A stretch of DNA of 64,000 bases, taken from NCBI RefSeq assembly GCF_009914755.1, contig NC_060929.1, one strand, 5' to 3'. Of the stretch, positions 29,926 to 49,470 are shown one piece after another. The number at the start of each line of letters is the position of its first letter. Positions within the stretch are counted from its first letter, which is position 1. The notes below the pieces were generated by a model. It did not search any database. It saw only the letters and a program-made list of their open reading frames with translations, and was not told where the DNA came from. Source of the stretch: the human T2T-CHM13v2.0 reference genome, Homo sapiens. The position numbers were made by a program, and so were the translations under genes.

Positions 29926-31220
29926 TTCTCTTTTTAAGATTAGTTATTTTGGATCTTTTGTCATTCTTTCCTTCGTGATTCTTAACCTCTTTTTTCATAT
30001 TATCTCTTTGTATTGCTCTATGCTACCTTTGGAATTATTTACTCATATTTATTTTTAGTTCACTTTCTTTCTTTGATACGATTCACTGGCAGTTTGAAAC
30101 GATTGAGCTTTTAATTCCAATGCCTTTTACTTCTAGAAGCTCTATTTTTCTTTCAATTATATCCATTCTTTTTAGATATTGTTTTGTGTATTTTTCTTGC
30201 TCTTAATTTCTCTTTTAGGTATTCTTTTAAACATGTTAATTTTATAGTTTCCTTCCTTTTAATAGTTCTAGGATCTAGCGTTATTGGAGTTTAATACTGC
30301 TCTTTGCTGTATCTGCTTCAGTGGTTCATTCTCAATTGTTTCCTTCAGTGCTTTGTAATTTTGGATTGTAAGAAATCTTAAGGCGGGCTTTGCTTGAAGA
30401 CTTATCTGGCCTGTGTTGAAAGTATGCCCCTCAGGACTGGTTCTATGTCTGTTTATGCCAGGCATCCCAAGGGTATCATTGTCCCTGGGTCTATTTATAT
30501 GTTATTTCTCACCTGGCAGATTCTGGACCAAGCCAGAAGTATAAATTTGAACCCCAAACCCAAGTGTGGCCTGCCTAGGGTTTGGCCACTTATGTAAAGT
30601 GGCCACTTACGTAAAGTCTTTTCTTTCAGGAAAGACCATTTCACTCACTCAGATCCCAGGCACAAATAGACAAGCTTGCTTCTTATTTCCCTAGGCTAGT
30701 GTAAGAATTTTTTTCTAAAATACCTTTTCAGTTAAGGTATAGATCTTCCAACTTTATGTGAAGGTCTTAATTCCACTGCCCTACCTGTTCCTATGCAGAG
30801 ATTAAAACTTCAGCTCTTTGGATTCCTGGGGCTGGCAAATCATTCCAAGAATTATCACTATGGTTTTTACTTTTTCCTTCACGTTTGACCCCTAGAGATT
30901 TTCTTTACTGTTTTTGTGAAATCAGCTACATATTTAAATATTTTTCTTTTTTTTTTTTTAAAAAAAAGCGGGAAGTTTTTGTGATTATTTAGTTACACAA
31001 AATTGCTAGAAAGAGAATTATAAATGACTCTGTAAACTCCTACCGTGACTTTCTGCTGGTCAATAGAGCAGGATGATGCCTCATGTTTCACACCACTTTA
31101 GAGACTTTGCTGGCTTTTCCTAAATGTACTCTTTCCACAAAGATGCATGTTTGCCTGCCTGTCTTTCTCCCTTTTTCTGCCTCTATCTCCAAGAAAGATG
31201 AATAGAGATAGAGGCAGAGA

Positions 31221-31499
31221 GGCTGGATGTGGTGGCTCACACCTGTAATCCCAGCACTTTGGGAGGCCGAGGCGGGTGGATCACGAGGTCAGGAGTTCAG
31301 GACCAGCCTGGCCAAAATGGTGAAACCCCGTCTCTACTAAAAATACAAAAATTAGCCGGGCCTGCTGGCAGATGCCTGTAATCCCAGCTGCTTGGGAGGC
31401 TGAGGCAGAGAATTGCTTGAACATGGGAGGTGGAGTTTGCAGTGAGCCGAAATTGTGCCACTGCACTCCAGCCTGGGCGACAGAACGAAACTCCTTCAC

Positions 31500-31528
<29 letters not shown>
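31221..31528 (+). mobile_element. Alu (S type)
   Basis: Complete dimer with long A tail; no TSD found. Confidence 0.95.
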
Positions 31529-31532
<4 letters not shown>

Positions 31533-32274
31533 TGTTTTCTCCAGTAACCGGCTGGCCTTTCTCATCTTGTCAAAGCTATTTTTTTTTTTCACCTTAACAA
31601 GTTAACATAAGGCTCCCATTCAGTAGATCAGAATCTCCCAGTAGATCTAAAAGTTGCTTCCTGCTGGAGCAAACTTTCTCCTGTTCTTTATTTTTCCTTG
31701 AATCCTAAAGACAAGCTGAGCACAGTTCTCAGTGTTGTCCTGCCTCTGTTTCTAGAGAATGATGGCTGTGACCAATTCAGAGTCATGTCAGTCAACAGCA
31801 CAAAGAGTACAAAAAGAATGCTTTTTGACATGAATATACTGTTCAATTCCAAGAAAAAAACCTCAAATGCCCATGAACTTTAGAAACCGAAGTTTAGGTC
31901 GGTTGCGAAAGGTATTTCTAAGTGACCCTCAAGGTTTATTTTTAAGTAATAAATTGCTTGTTTCAGAATCATGTTATTCTGAAACTGAGCAAGTACAGAA
32001 GCCATTGGGGAAATTGGTGAATTCACTAGATTTTGGCAGAGTACGTAGTTCTGTTGCAATCTTTACTTTTGCTGCATTAAACATCAGGAAACTACTTTGT
32101 ATATGCTGAGCTCTTCTTCTGTTTGCCAAGAGAAAAGTTTCACAAGTAGAGCAGATGCATATCTATTAATTTATAGCCAAGAGGTTAAAAAACTTAGGGT
32201 CTGTTATGTCTAAAGCTCATGTTTTAAATGTGAGAGATAAGTTACCAGTTCCTATAAAATAGGGGCATATTTAG

Positions 32275-32594
<320 letters not shown>

Positions 32595-32621
32595 TGATTA
32601 GAAATTTTGTTCAAAATATTT

Positions 32622-32700
32622 CTGGAACTCGATTTTTGTAAACAACTGTATTTGCTCTCTACATCCATTAGCCTTTTCTCACCATTTATGTTGCTTACTG
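32622..32700 (+). pseudogene. CD28-family-like pseudogene, putative leader exon
   Basis: Stop-free frame (L)ELDFCKQLYLLSTSISLFSPFMLLT-G|gtaggt with a phase-1 donor, like the CD28 QVT-G| and ICOS VLT-G| exon ends. No ATG at the expected start (CTG). Confidence 0.5.
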
Positions 32701-33149
32701 GTAGGTATCCTCCAGTATCTATTCTTCCATCCTCCTCCTCTACCTGCTTTTCCTTCTCTTTCTTTTAGTATGACAAACCATGCATTTAGCTTGGCGTGTG
32801 GCCAATAGCCAGAGATTACATTCCCAGCCTCCTTTGAGGCTAGGTATGGCCAATGGGATGTGAGCAGAGGTGATGCAAGCATCTCCTGGTTCATGATCTT
32901 AGAGGGACTTCTAGACACTAAGGGTACCCAAAGATCTTGCAAGAGACTACAGAGAAAAAGAAGAAAGAAACAAAGGCCCATGAGTTGCAGGAAAGGGGCA
33001 AAAGTTTTAGAGACTTTCTTAGGAGAAGGCAAAGGATTTTACAGAGTCTTTTGATTTATATTTATAAACTTTGAAATATTCTTATATACTTTTATATAGT
33101 ATTTCCTTGTATATAATTTTTTTTCTGAAAGAAATTACGTATAATTTTA

Positions 33150-33780
33150 TTTTACATAATTAGACAACTATAGTATGGTGGGATAAGGTCTGTAACACAA
33201 GTATGAACCAACACTGCAAGAGCAGAGGAGGGGAGAGCAGCCCAGACTGGTGAGGCTAAGGAAAACTTTCTGGAGAAAAATTAGCTCAACTATGAAGAGT
33301 GAATAATCTTATCCAGGAGATGTCCCCATGCAATCAGTGAGGGGAAGGGCGCTCCAGGTAGAAGGGACAGTGTAGGGAAAGCCATGGCCACAGGAGAGAG
33401 GATGGAGAATTCTGGGAACTGCAAATGATGCATTATCATGAGGACATAGGGTAGGAGTAGGGGAGTAAAGGTGGTGGAGGACAGGGGAGAAGGCTTTGTA
33501 TGCTATGCTAAGGTGTTTGAGTTTTATATGAAGTCTATGAAGATGGAGGGATTCTGAACAAGGAAGTGACATGATTGGATCTACATTTCAGAATGGCCAT
33601 TTTCTGGCAGCATTGTGGAGAATGTACAGACAGGCCCAAAGGCTAGAAGAAGAATTTAAAGTATTATTTTGAAAATCATTCCTAAGGATAAAGTTGTAAG
33701 ATATCTTCATGAAAAAAGGACTTTGTTGATTAGATTCACAAAAGAGAGAGCAAGATGGTTGTAATGATACGAGAGTCTGC
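33150..33780 (-). mobile_element. L2 fragment
   Basis: 'ccaggtagaagggacagtgtagggaaagccatgg' and 'aacaaggaagtgacatgattggatctacatttcag'. Confidence 0.75.
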
Positions 33781-34243
33781 TGCATTTTTTTTTCCCAGAC
33801 AAGAGGGGAGCTTGATATCTTTCTGCTACATAATTATGAGAATCTACCCCTTTGAGATGCTACCTCTTTGAGATTCTTTCCCAAAGGGCCAACCCTTTTT
33901 CATTCTGTGTCATGGACTTCTTGATAAACTGCAATAAAGTTTCTCAATGTCTTTATCCTTTTAAGAAGTGAGGACTTCAATGTGACCTTATGCATGTGTC
34001 TCTCAAGGGTATTGGGAGGGGAGATGGGAAGGTTTTTACTGTCTATCTTAATTTACTGTTTGACATTATTGATGCTAGTTTATAAGCCCATACCCTAAGG
34101 TGTTAGTTAAACATTTAACGCCAAGATTATCTCCTATTCCTCCAAAAATGGATCAATTAGGTATCTTATTTTGGCTTGGAAATAAATGACGAGGTCACAA
34201 CTCTGCATATAGTATGACAATTTGCTGAGTATGTTTCCATTAG

Positions 34244-34550
34244 CTAGAAAGACTTTGAGGGCATGAAGAGTAGGCACTTTTTGGACTAACACCTGGTGTT
34301 ATGTGAGCAGTGGTGTTGCTCTAATTTATTGAATGTCACAATTCTGTAAGGGAACAAAGAACTCTGTTAGGCAGATATAACCTGGGACTATTGCCAAATT
34401 GCTTTCTGTGGTGGATATGAAAATCAATGAATAGGGTGGATGTGCAGCATAATCAATGGAAATGTGCTTGATGATGGTCACTGGTATGTAGCCCTCTTGC
34501 AGGTATATTCAGGGAAAATTCTACCTATGACATACTTGTAGAAGTACAAG
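34244..34550 (+). pseudogene. CD28-family-like pseudogene, IgV exon
   Basis: tttccattAG acceptor and phase-1 donor CAAG|gtgagc. With two 1-nt frameshifts it reads ARKTLRA*RVGTFWTN/LVLCEQWCCSNLLNVTIL*GNKELC*ADITWDYCQIAFCGGYENQ*IGWMCSIINGNVLDDGHW/VCSPLAGIFRENSTYDILVEVQ. Confidence 0.65.
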
Positions 34551-34910
34551 GTGAGCCAACATTTTTGCTGTATGTTAGCTGGCATTAAGTAAGAAAACAC
34601 CGCTGGATTTTTTGCAGAAAAAAGTCACTAGACTCAGAATTTTGGAAGATGGTTTTAGTCGTTTTCTGGATATCTGCACATAGGAGGAAGTCAGGTTGAA
34701 TGATCACCCTACTGTTTGTCACACATCCAATCACAGGCTATCTTTATATGTGAATACAACCTAAGAATAACTCCACATCCCAAAATGGCTTTGTGGTCAG
34801 CAGAAGAGATGGGACCTTGGACATTTAGGTAGGATGATACTGTGACATTTAACAGAGGCATGTAAGCTAGACCCGAAGTCACAAGTTGGGAAACCTTAAA
34901 AACCATTAGA

Positions 34911-35219
34911 CTGTAATCCTAGCACTTTGGGAGGCCGAGGCGGGCAGATCATGAGGTCAGGAGTTTGAGACCAGCCTCGCCAACATGGTGAAACCTTGTC
35001 TCTACTAAAAATACAAAAATTAGCTGGGCGTGGTGGTGGGCGCCTGTAATCCCAGCTGCTCAGGAGGCTGAGGCAGGAGAATAGTTTGAACCCCTGAGGC
35101 AGAATTGCAGTGAGCTGAGATCGCGCCATTGCACTCCAGCCTGGGCGACAGGGTGAGACTCCATCTCAAAAACAAAAACAAAAACAAACAAACAAACAAA
35201 AAACAAAACAAAACAAAAA
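34911..35219 (+). mobile_element. 5'-truncated Alu (S type) in the putative intron 2
   Basis: Starts at 'ctgtaatcc'; TSD-like aaaacc(a/g)ttaga. Confidence 0.93.
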
Positions 35220-35462
35220 CCGTTAGAAAAGGGAAAGGGATAATCTATACTTGGAAAAGATCATAGTGCTTATCTGTTAAAACAAAAGGAGTCCTAACTG
35301 TTTTCCAGCCGAAAGAAGGGAGAGTATAACACTGAAGATTGCAAAGGGGTGGCAATATTTGTTCATGGCAGTAAAACATTAGAAGTCTTTTGTTTTAGTT
35401 GAGATTTTAACTGCATATGTGATATGAAGTTCTTCTAACGTGGCAGTTGCTTTCTTTTGTAG

Positions 35463-35635
35463 AGGCTTCCAGGTCCTCAGAGGTTCCTGGAAGAGCTCAG
35501 TGCCAGTCACAGGACCAAACATTGCAACCTGAGATGCAATCTCAGGGGTGACCCTCTTTAACTTCTGGTAGACCTCCCCCAGGGGTCTGTAGTATACTTC
35601 CCAGCTGTGACCGATTCCTATCAGTAGGTTTCCTG
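35463..35635 (+). pseudogene. CD28-family-like pseudogene, stalk/transmembrane exon
   Basis: tttcttttgtAG acceptor and CTG|gtaagt donor; 173 nt fits phase 1 to phase 0. One frame reads TKHCNLRCNLRGDPL*LLVDLPQGSVVYFPAVT, in register with CD28 KPFWVLVVVGGVLACYSLLVT. Confidence 0.55.
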
Positions 35636-35851
35636 GTAAGTGGAGTAGGGTTGGGGAAGCAGGGGATAATGGAGAAAGAAAACTTTTCTTCAGCCTTGTA
35701 TTTCTTTTAATATTCCTCTTTGATTGAGGTTGATTTTCTCATTTGGTTCAAGAAAGCATTAGCTGTGTCCTCATTTTGGGCATATAGAAAAATTTTCTTT
35801 TTACAACCTAGATTCTTCCTTTGAGTTCATGACTTCTCTCCCTCCTTCTAG

Positions 35852-35923
35852 CAACAATTTTGGGCAAAATGAGGTCAGCTTGGTTTATAGTTTTAGAAGG
35901 AATTGCTGATAAAGTGGCCCTTG
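35852..35923 (+). pseudogene. Putative first cytoplasmic exon of the same pseudogene
   Basis: ctctccctccttctAG acceptor, TTG|gtaagt donor, 72 nt; open frame TILGKMRSAWFIVLEGIADKVAL ends in phase 1. Confidence 0.45.
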
Positions 35924-36382
35924 GTAAGTCACCCCCTTCTTCCTGTCACGATAATGGTCTTGGCATCATGAGGGCTTCATCGCAGAGTTTTGCAGTGGTA
36001 ACCGGCTGGAGAGAGGATAGAGACAGACAGGCATGCAATATGCACATACATATGAACACATGTAATTGAGGAATGAAAACATATATTAATAAATGTGCCA
36101 GTGGTTGGACTGGTGGATAGTTATATGTTAGGAAGTGGGTGACTTCTGACAAGTTTGAAATTTAGAGCAAAGCTTGGGGTCAGAGACAGTATCCCTGTAG
36201 CCAGGACAAGTGGGCTACTGGCTTGGCCCTGTGCTTCAGAAACTCTGGGCTTTGGATTCATGTTCTCCAGCTTTTCTAAGTGTCCCTCTGGTGCTTGGGA
36301 GAGCTGGAACTGGCAATGTACTTATGGGTGGGGTGATCCCAACTAGATCACTCCATTGCCCAGCAGGGTCTTTCTTTTTTAG

Positions 36383-36417
36383 AATGGTATGAAATTAGGC
36401 CACCAGAAGGGTGCTAA
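36383..36417 (+). pseudogene. Putative last coding exon of the same pseudogene
   Basis: tttcttttttAG acceptor; the phase-1 frame gives (E)WYEIRPPEGC*, reminiscent of CTLA4 VYVKMPPTEPEC. Confidence 0.4.
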
Positions 36418-39119
36418 CAGGCTGATTTTTGGGCGACTCAAGTTGTTTATATAAACAGGGATAGGCAAAAACCATTTACCCAAGCCGAGTGGCCCTGGCT
36501 GAAGACACAAATGTGGAAGTAGTTTGTTAATAAAAATCATAAATATAGATGAGATCATCCAGGAGTGAGTGTGGATAGAAAAGGAGCTCACACTTTGGGG
36601 GTTCTGGGGTTGGCATGTCTGTGTTCTTGACTTCCTCTGTTGCATGCTTTCAATTGAGATCCTCTCTAGTAGTGATGGGAGGTTCTGCTTTGTCTAGGAG
36701 GGATTTTCTTACACAGATGGGCTGCCAAACAAAAATGAGACCTTCATAGCAAATGCAGGCAGGCACAGAAGGCCATCTTCATGTGATTGCCTGGCCAGAT
36801 GGCTTTTAAGTTTAATTATTTCCTCTCCTCATTTAATGTGGGTAGACTGAGCAAATATAAACCAGCTTATAGGTATAATTATTTAGATAAACCACACTAA
36901 GTTATTACTATTGAGAACAAGGGGAGAGGTTTTATAGGGGAAAGAATAGGACAACGAATGTGTATGACTTGGAGGGGGCAGAATGGGGGCTGATTTATTT
37001 GGCTTTTCTATTCATTTCTACTTATTTCGGTCTATTTTACTTACATGATTTCCTGGAGCCTGGATTTATTATCTGGATGGACCAAAAACAACTGAATATC
37101 TAACGCTTTACTTTTGGTTTTGTAGATATAGAACTGGCATTTTTATCTGAATATTTTTAAACATTAGCCAGTCTGCCATTCTTCCTTCAATTGTCTGGAA
37201 GTTTTAGTTTTGGATCAGAATTATCAACACTTGCTTGAATTCTTTCCTTGACTGCTTATATGAAGTAAACACCTTTCCATTTTCCTGGTTCCTAGCATAG
37301 GGACTTGCAAAAAAGGGACCTCAATTAGGGTTTACTGATGCTCTTACCACAGTTTGGTAAGAATTAAGCACAGAATAAGAATTGGAGAAGGACGATTTTC
37401 TACAATTTACATGTATGAAAGCCCAAAAGTTAAAACAATCATCCTTCCCAATGAACGCATAGCTGCTTGAATTAAATAGGTCAAAAATATTTTCTTTGAG
37501 GCAGTGGTTTTGTATGAGATGCAGCTAATTAGAACAATTTTGGCTTTCAATTCAGTGAAGTTGGTACTCTGGAATAATGCTCAAGGAGTTTCCATGTCAA
37601 ACAAAGCATTTGCTCCTGATGAATTTACCCTTGGCTTCCTGTGCCTGTTGTACTCTAAGCTTTCCAAGATGACATCTTAGCACCAGCAGGACAGGGAGAT
37701 TTACTGTATGTGAGTGAATCTATCCAGAGTTGTCTGGGAAACATTAATCACTCCAGGACATCCCTCACTGTCCACTAACGGGTCACACACAGAAAAGATC
37801 TAATGGGCCGCTCTGAATGGAAAGAAAAGCCACAGAAGAACATAATGTAGGTTTTTTATTTTTCCTGAGATAGGAGAGTAAAGGCAACTGCTGACAGTGT
37901 TCTGGGTGTGATCACAGGCAAAGAGGAGAGCTTGGTGTTCCAAAGTCCAAAGGATTATATCCTCAGACAAGGCTGATCGAAGGCAAGAGTGTAGGTGAAG
38001 GAGTGAACAAGGAAGAAGAAAAATGTTGTTGGGAGAATGGGACTGGGATGCAGTCAGGGTCAGATGCCACATATATTTAGACTCTAGATTTGCTGCTTCA
38101 TGTGTATACAAGTTGAACTAAACACTCTTGATAGCTATAGGATGAGCCAGTTATTGACCTACTATGAGCTGTGGGCTCTGCCTGACTGGTCTTAGTGTAA
38201 GTGGGTGATGAGGTAACCAGGTGTCCATCAACCAGGCAGTGTGCCATATGATCCCCTGTAATTAAATGTATTCTTTAGTCATCTGTGTTGGTGCTGCCTT
38301 GTTGTTGTTGTTGGGGTGTGTGCGTGTATGTGTGTGTGCATGTACGTGTGTGTATTTGAGTTACCGGTCTGTGTGGAGCCTGTAGAAGCTTCATGCAGCA
38401 TTAGGATACCCAACATCTAACGGCCTTGGAAGGAGGCTGTGTATCTACCAAGGGTGGGAGATGGGGTGGGGAAACAGTTTTCTTCATTTACAGTTTTGCC
38501 TAGGCTGGCTTTCACCATTGGAGGTCAGTGCTCCTGGGATGAGAAAGTCCTGAGGTAAATAAGCTTGTGCTATTAAAAGAAATTTCTTCCCAAGGGGATC
38601 TTTATTCATTTTTGGATTTTCCTCTTGTAATTCTCCAGCTGAATTCCTTTGAGTTGAGATATAAGGAAAAAAGAGGTAGGAAACATCCAAAAGTGAGCTT
38701 GGGGAACAGTAGTTTTGCAACTTATTAAAAAGAGGACTTCTGGGAATGTTGTTCTGCTGAAATAAACCCAACCCTGTTTGGCTTTACAGAAAACATGATC
38801 TTTTCTTGAACAGATACTCTCCCCTAGCAGTTTAGAAGACTATTAGCTTCCCTTTCTTTGCCCTTTTAACTGGGGGAAGGTTGTTAGGTTGTCTTTGAGT
38901 CCTGGTTACTCCTGCAAATCCTAATGGACCTTCCACATGGAAAATGCATAATTTCTGAGTGGGGATTTGGGAACATAGGCATCTTTTTCAGCCAAAGAAT
39001 CACATCAAACCTGGCTCTGAGAAGCTTGAAATATAAAAATGAGGCCATATTCCTTCCCCCTTTCCTTACCCATTTCTTTTATGAGATGTATAGTCATATA
39101 GTCCTTTTCCCTAGGCAGG

Positions 39120-39590
39120 TGATGTGTTGGAGGGAAAGTTGATGGGCTGTTGTTTATGAGAGGTTTTGTCTGAATCCTGACCCCATCGCTTATTTTTGAT
39201 GCAAAGTAGACACCAACCCCTCTCAGCATCTGTTTCCTCATCTGTAAAATAGGGATCATAATATCTGCTTAGTTGTGTTATTGTGTGGATTAAATGAGAG
39301 AGCGAGAGAGAGAGAGACAGAGAGAGAGAGAGAGAAAGACAGAGACAGAGAGAGAAGAGAGACTGGATAGAGAAGGGCTAGGAATATGGACTCTGGAATC
39401 AAACTGCCCAACATCTAGTCCTGACTCGACCACTTGCTAGCTGAGGATCTCAGCCAAGTCACTTAATCCTTCTTTGTCTCCCTTTCTCATTTGTAAAATG
39501 GTGATACTAGTATCTTCCTCACACGTTGTTGTAAGGAATAAATGTCATAATATATACAGAGTGCTTAGAAGCCTGGCACATAATAAGGGT
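39120..39590 (+). mobile_element. Two MIR copies separated by a (GA)n/(GACA) microsatellite at about 39296-39362
   Basis: 'ctgtttcctcatctgtaaaatagggatcataata' and 'ggactctggaatcaaactgcc...tttctcatttgtaaaatgg'. Confidence 0.8.
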
Positions 39591-40830
39591 TGGCTGTTGT
39601 TATCGAAATGGTGTTCACATAGGAACACGTGAGCAGTTCAGGAGGTGTTGCTCAGCTCCTGTGTTGGTGATCTGTATAGGATGGTGTTCAGTACAGGATG
39701 GCTGTTAGAATTATTATTAAACCGATAGGTTTGACTTTTCTTGCTCATTTGAGTAACAATAGCCGTTTCACAAAGACCCTCTTTTGCTCAGAATTTCCAC
39801 CAGGATCAGTCATGGATTTTCTTCATCCTTTGCTCCAGATTACTGTATCTTGTGTGTGTATGACCTCATCTCTCCTGCCTCTGATTAGGAGTGGCCTCTG
39901 CCTTCCTTTCCAGGATCATATCGCAACTGTTCTCAGCGTCCCATTTCTAAGTGTGTAGGCAATGAACCCCGCTAGCTTATGAAGCCGCGTGTTATTGAAA
40001 CATGTTGCTCACACTTCTGTCCCTTGCTTTCTTCATCCCTCCTTCCCTCTAAGCCCTATTTGTCCCCTTATGTTTTATGATGCCTCTGTCTAATAAGGGA
40101 ACTTGAAAGGCAGCCCCTCTGGTATTTCCAGAGCTCTATTTTGCAGGTAAAAGGCAAAGATTACTTTCTACTGCACAATTAGAAGGAAGCCAGCACATAA
40201 AATCGTCCATTCATTGATTCTAGCTGATTTGTGGTCCTTATGCACCAGCCACATATTTCAGTACTTTAAACTGCCACTTCTTCAACACTCTATTCCCTTG
40301 GCTATGTTACCTTTAGTTTATTAGGAACCGTGTAGGAGGTTAGTGAGAGGCAGTGGAGCCACTGTTCCTGGAGTAAACACCACCCAGGAGTGTAAAGGTC
40401 CATTTTACAAAGGCAGGGGGAGGGCTCACACTTTACTCTCTTCCAAACAGACTCTAGCAACTCCAGCCATTCAGAAAGAAGACCTGGATGCAGGGAGATA
40501 ATGTAGAAGATAGAACTGGGGAAAATTCACCTTGCAAATTATGACAAAGGAGTCTTTCCATTTCCTTGGTCTGCTTTGGAAAACAATGAAGCAGACAGTC
40601 AAGAAAGAAAATGTTCGTGTTGAGAAAATGAAAACACCTTACATTTGTGAAGGACAGAAGGTTACTTATTGGGGGCTTAGGCAAATCACTTAATCTCTTT
40701 GAACTTTATTTTCCATCTGATAAAATGAGAATAATATTGGCTGAGCTCACTGAGAATTAAAAATACGTATACGTATATATATACTTTACAAACTATGAAG
40801 TTCCATTTAAATGTAAGAAACTATGTTTTT

Positions 40831-41136
40831 CTTTCTTTTTTCTTTTTCTTTTTCTTTTTTTTTTTTGAGAGGGAGTCTCGCTTTTCTGCCTAGGCTGGAG
40901 TGCAGTGGCGCGATCTCAGCTCAGTGCAACCTCTGCCTCCTGGGTAGGTGTCTCAGTCTCCCGAGTAGCTGGGGTTACAGGTGCGTGCCATCACGCCTGG
41001 CTAATTTTCTGTATCTTTAGTAGAGACGGGGTTTCACCATGTTGGCCAGGCTGTTCTCGAACTCCTGACCTCGTGATCCGCCCACCTCGGCCTCCCAAAA
41101 TGCTGGGATTGCAGGCGTGAGCCACTGCGCCTGGCT
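40831..41136 (-). mobile_element. Alu (Sg/Sc-like) with small internal deletion
   Basis: TSD gaaactatgttttt (40817-40830, 41137-41150). Confidence 0.93.
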
Positions 41137-41879
41137 GAAACTATGTTTTTCAAGGTGCTTTCCAATATTTAATGTGTTTTGCTTTCTCTCATTTGTTAAT
41201 TTAACAAATGTGCCAAGGACTCTGCAGGATGCTAGGGACACTGATCTGGCCTTGCAAGAGCTCATGGCCTGAAGTGTGGATGTGTGTATCAGTTGGGTGG
41301 GCTGTCTGTGGGGTTACAGACACATACAGAAGCACTTAAATACTTGGGAAATGCAGAGTATTATGCTTCTCACAATTATCCTATTTTACAGGTGAGAAAA
41401 TGTTGAGGCGCTACAGACTGGACCTCAATTTGAGTAGATTTCTTGGCTATTAGTGTGGTCTTTACTATCTCATGTTTCCTCTTGAGTTTGGGCTGTAGTG
41501 AAGACCCAGGAGGACAGTGGCTGGCTGGCTATAGGTCTAGGTTGGGGGTGGGTGGTGGGGATGGAGTCCTTCTCCCATAAGTATCTCCAGAAGAGCTTTC
41601 TAGTGTGTTTCAAAAGGAAAACAGCCAGAAAGTCTTCAGCAACATAATCTCCAGAGAGCACTCCCAGTTGTACTAGTCTCTGAAAACATACTAAAATCGG
41701 CCTCTGTCTCCAGGTGTAGTAACTCTGTAACCAGGTTGTTCTGAAGGGGCTGGGAGAAATGCCTCTTCAGGTGTCTCAAAACAAGTAGATTCTCTAGGGA
41801 TGCAGAGCTGGACTCCAAGTTGTGGCCAAGTTGGTTTCTAGGGAGTTAAAACTCACCTATACAGTTATTTTTATGTAGT

Positions 41880-41881
<2 letters not shown>

Positions 41882-41917
<36 letters not shown>

Positions 41918-41930
41918 TGTGTGTGTGTGT
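41882..41930. repeat. (TG)n microsatellite with a (CG) interruption
   Basis: Read directly. Confidence 0.95.
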
Positions 41931-42249
41931 TACAGTTTTCTCACCTGTAAAATTGACTTAGTAATTATCTGCTTCAAACTCTCATTATCTCATCCTGAAA
42001 ACTAATTTTTAAAAAAGCCATTTATTTATATGTCCATAATAGCACTCCTTACTTAAAAAATTTCATTATCACCATAATAAACATGAGAAATTATGAGACC
42101 AACTTATACTGCTCCTTTATTGTTTGATAACATCACAAATAATAACTTTGTGAACATAAAGGAAAAACAAAATAAAGCATGAGATCAACTCAAAATTGCA
42201 ACCTGCATCTTTGCTCATTCCAGAGAAAATTACACTAACTTTATCAATA

Positions 42250-42591
42250 CAGTCATGCATTGCTTAATGATGAGGCTACATTTTGAGAAATGCATCCCTA
42301 GGAGATTTCATCCTTGTGCAAACATCATGGAGTGTACTTCACAGATCTAGATGGTGTAGCCCACTGTACGTCTAAGCTATATGGTATAGCTGATTGCTCC
42401 TAGGCTACAAGCCTGTACAACATGTTACTATACTGACTATTGTAGGCCATTGTAACACAATGATAAGCATTTGTGTGTCTAAACATTTCTAAACAAAAAA
42501 GATACAGTAAAAATATGGTATTATAATCTTACAGGACCACTGTCATATATTTGGTCCATTGTTGAGCAAAACATTATGCAGCATGTGACTG
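42250..42591. mobile_element. Tigger3a/MER7A-like non-autonomous DNA transposon
   Basis: TA|cagtcatgc ... gcatgtgactg|TA termini, 342 bp. Confidence 0.85.
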
Positions 42592-43024
42592 TAGTTTTAA
42601 ATAGCAATGTAGATGAAAGTCTTGTGTTTTGGGCCTGAGTTGGGACTGGAATGCTGTGAGTCCTGAGTAAACGTAGTCTTCAAGTTTGCAAATGATACTT
42701 AATATTTGTTAATAATAAAATGCCAAGAGGGGATTAAATGGTAGATCTTTTGTGTACTATGTGCTAGGACTTCTATCCTTGCATCCTTCTAATGTTGATA
42801 CTGGAACCTATTTAGGCCCCATCTCAGACTCAGCTGAGTCTTAGAGAGTAATCATTGTCTTTTGCAAAGGGGTTTGGGAGGACTATGGGCAGTAACTCCT
42901 GAGATCAGCATCAATGTAGGCTTGAAGCTATTGCTGGTGTCACCTTAGTGCCAGTGCCCATTACTTTTGTTGATTTTTTGGCTCCATTTCTGTATTACAA
43001 GGGGCTGGAAGCCTGTGAACTACA

Positions 43025-49470
<6,446 letters not shown>

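Larger units (their letters stand above)
27570..30900 (-). mobile_element. Old L1M fragment(s) interrupted by MLT2 and a younger L1
   Basis: 'tgatattaacatagctattccagttttcttttg', 'tttttctctctagctgctttaagatctct' and 'ttctggaaaattct' are antisense L1M motifs. Boundaries approximate. Confidence 0.6.

Noticed and set aside
34285-34410. Kringle-like words WCYV and WDYC
   Set aside because: Different frames, spacing too long and no CRNPD motif; the IgV reading explains more features.
34503-34550. Cadherin-like YDILVEVQ micro-exon
   Set aside because: No other cadherin-repeat motifs nearby; fits better as the G strand of the IgV exon.
36529-36534. AATAAA as the pseudogene polyadenylation signal
   Set aside because: Lies in what looks like an L2 fragment, and the hexamer is common in AT-rich DNA.
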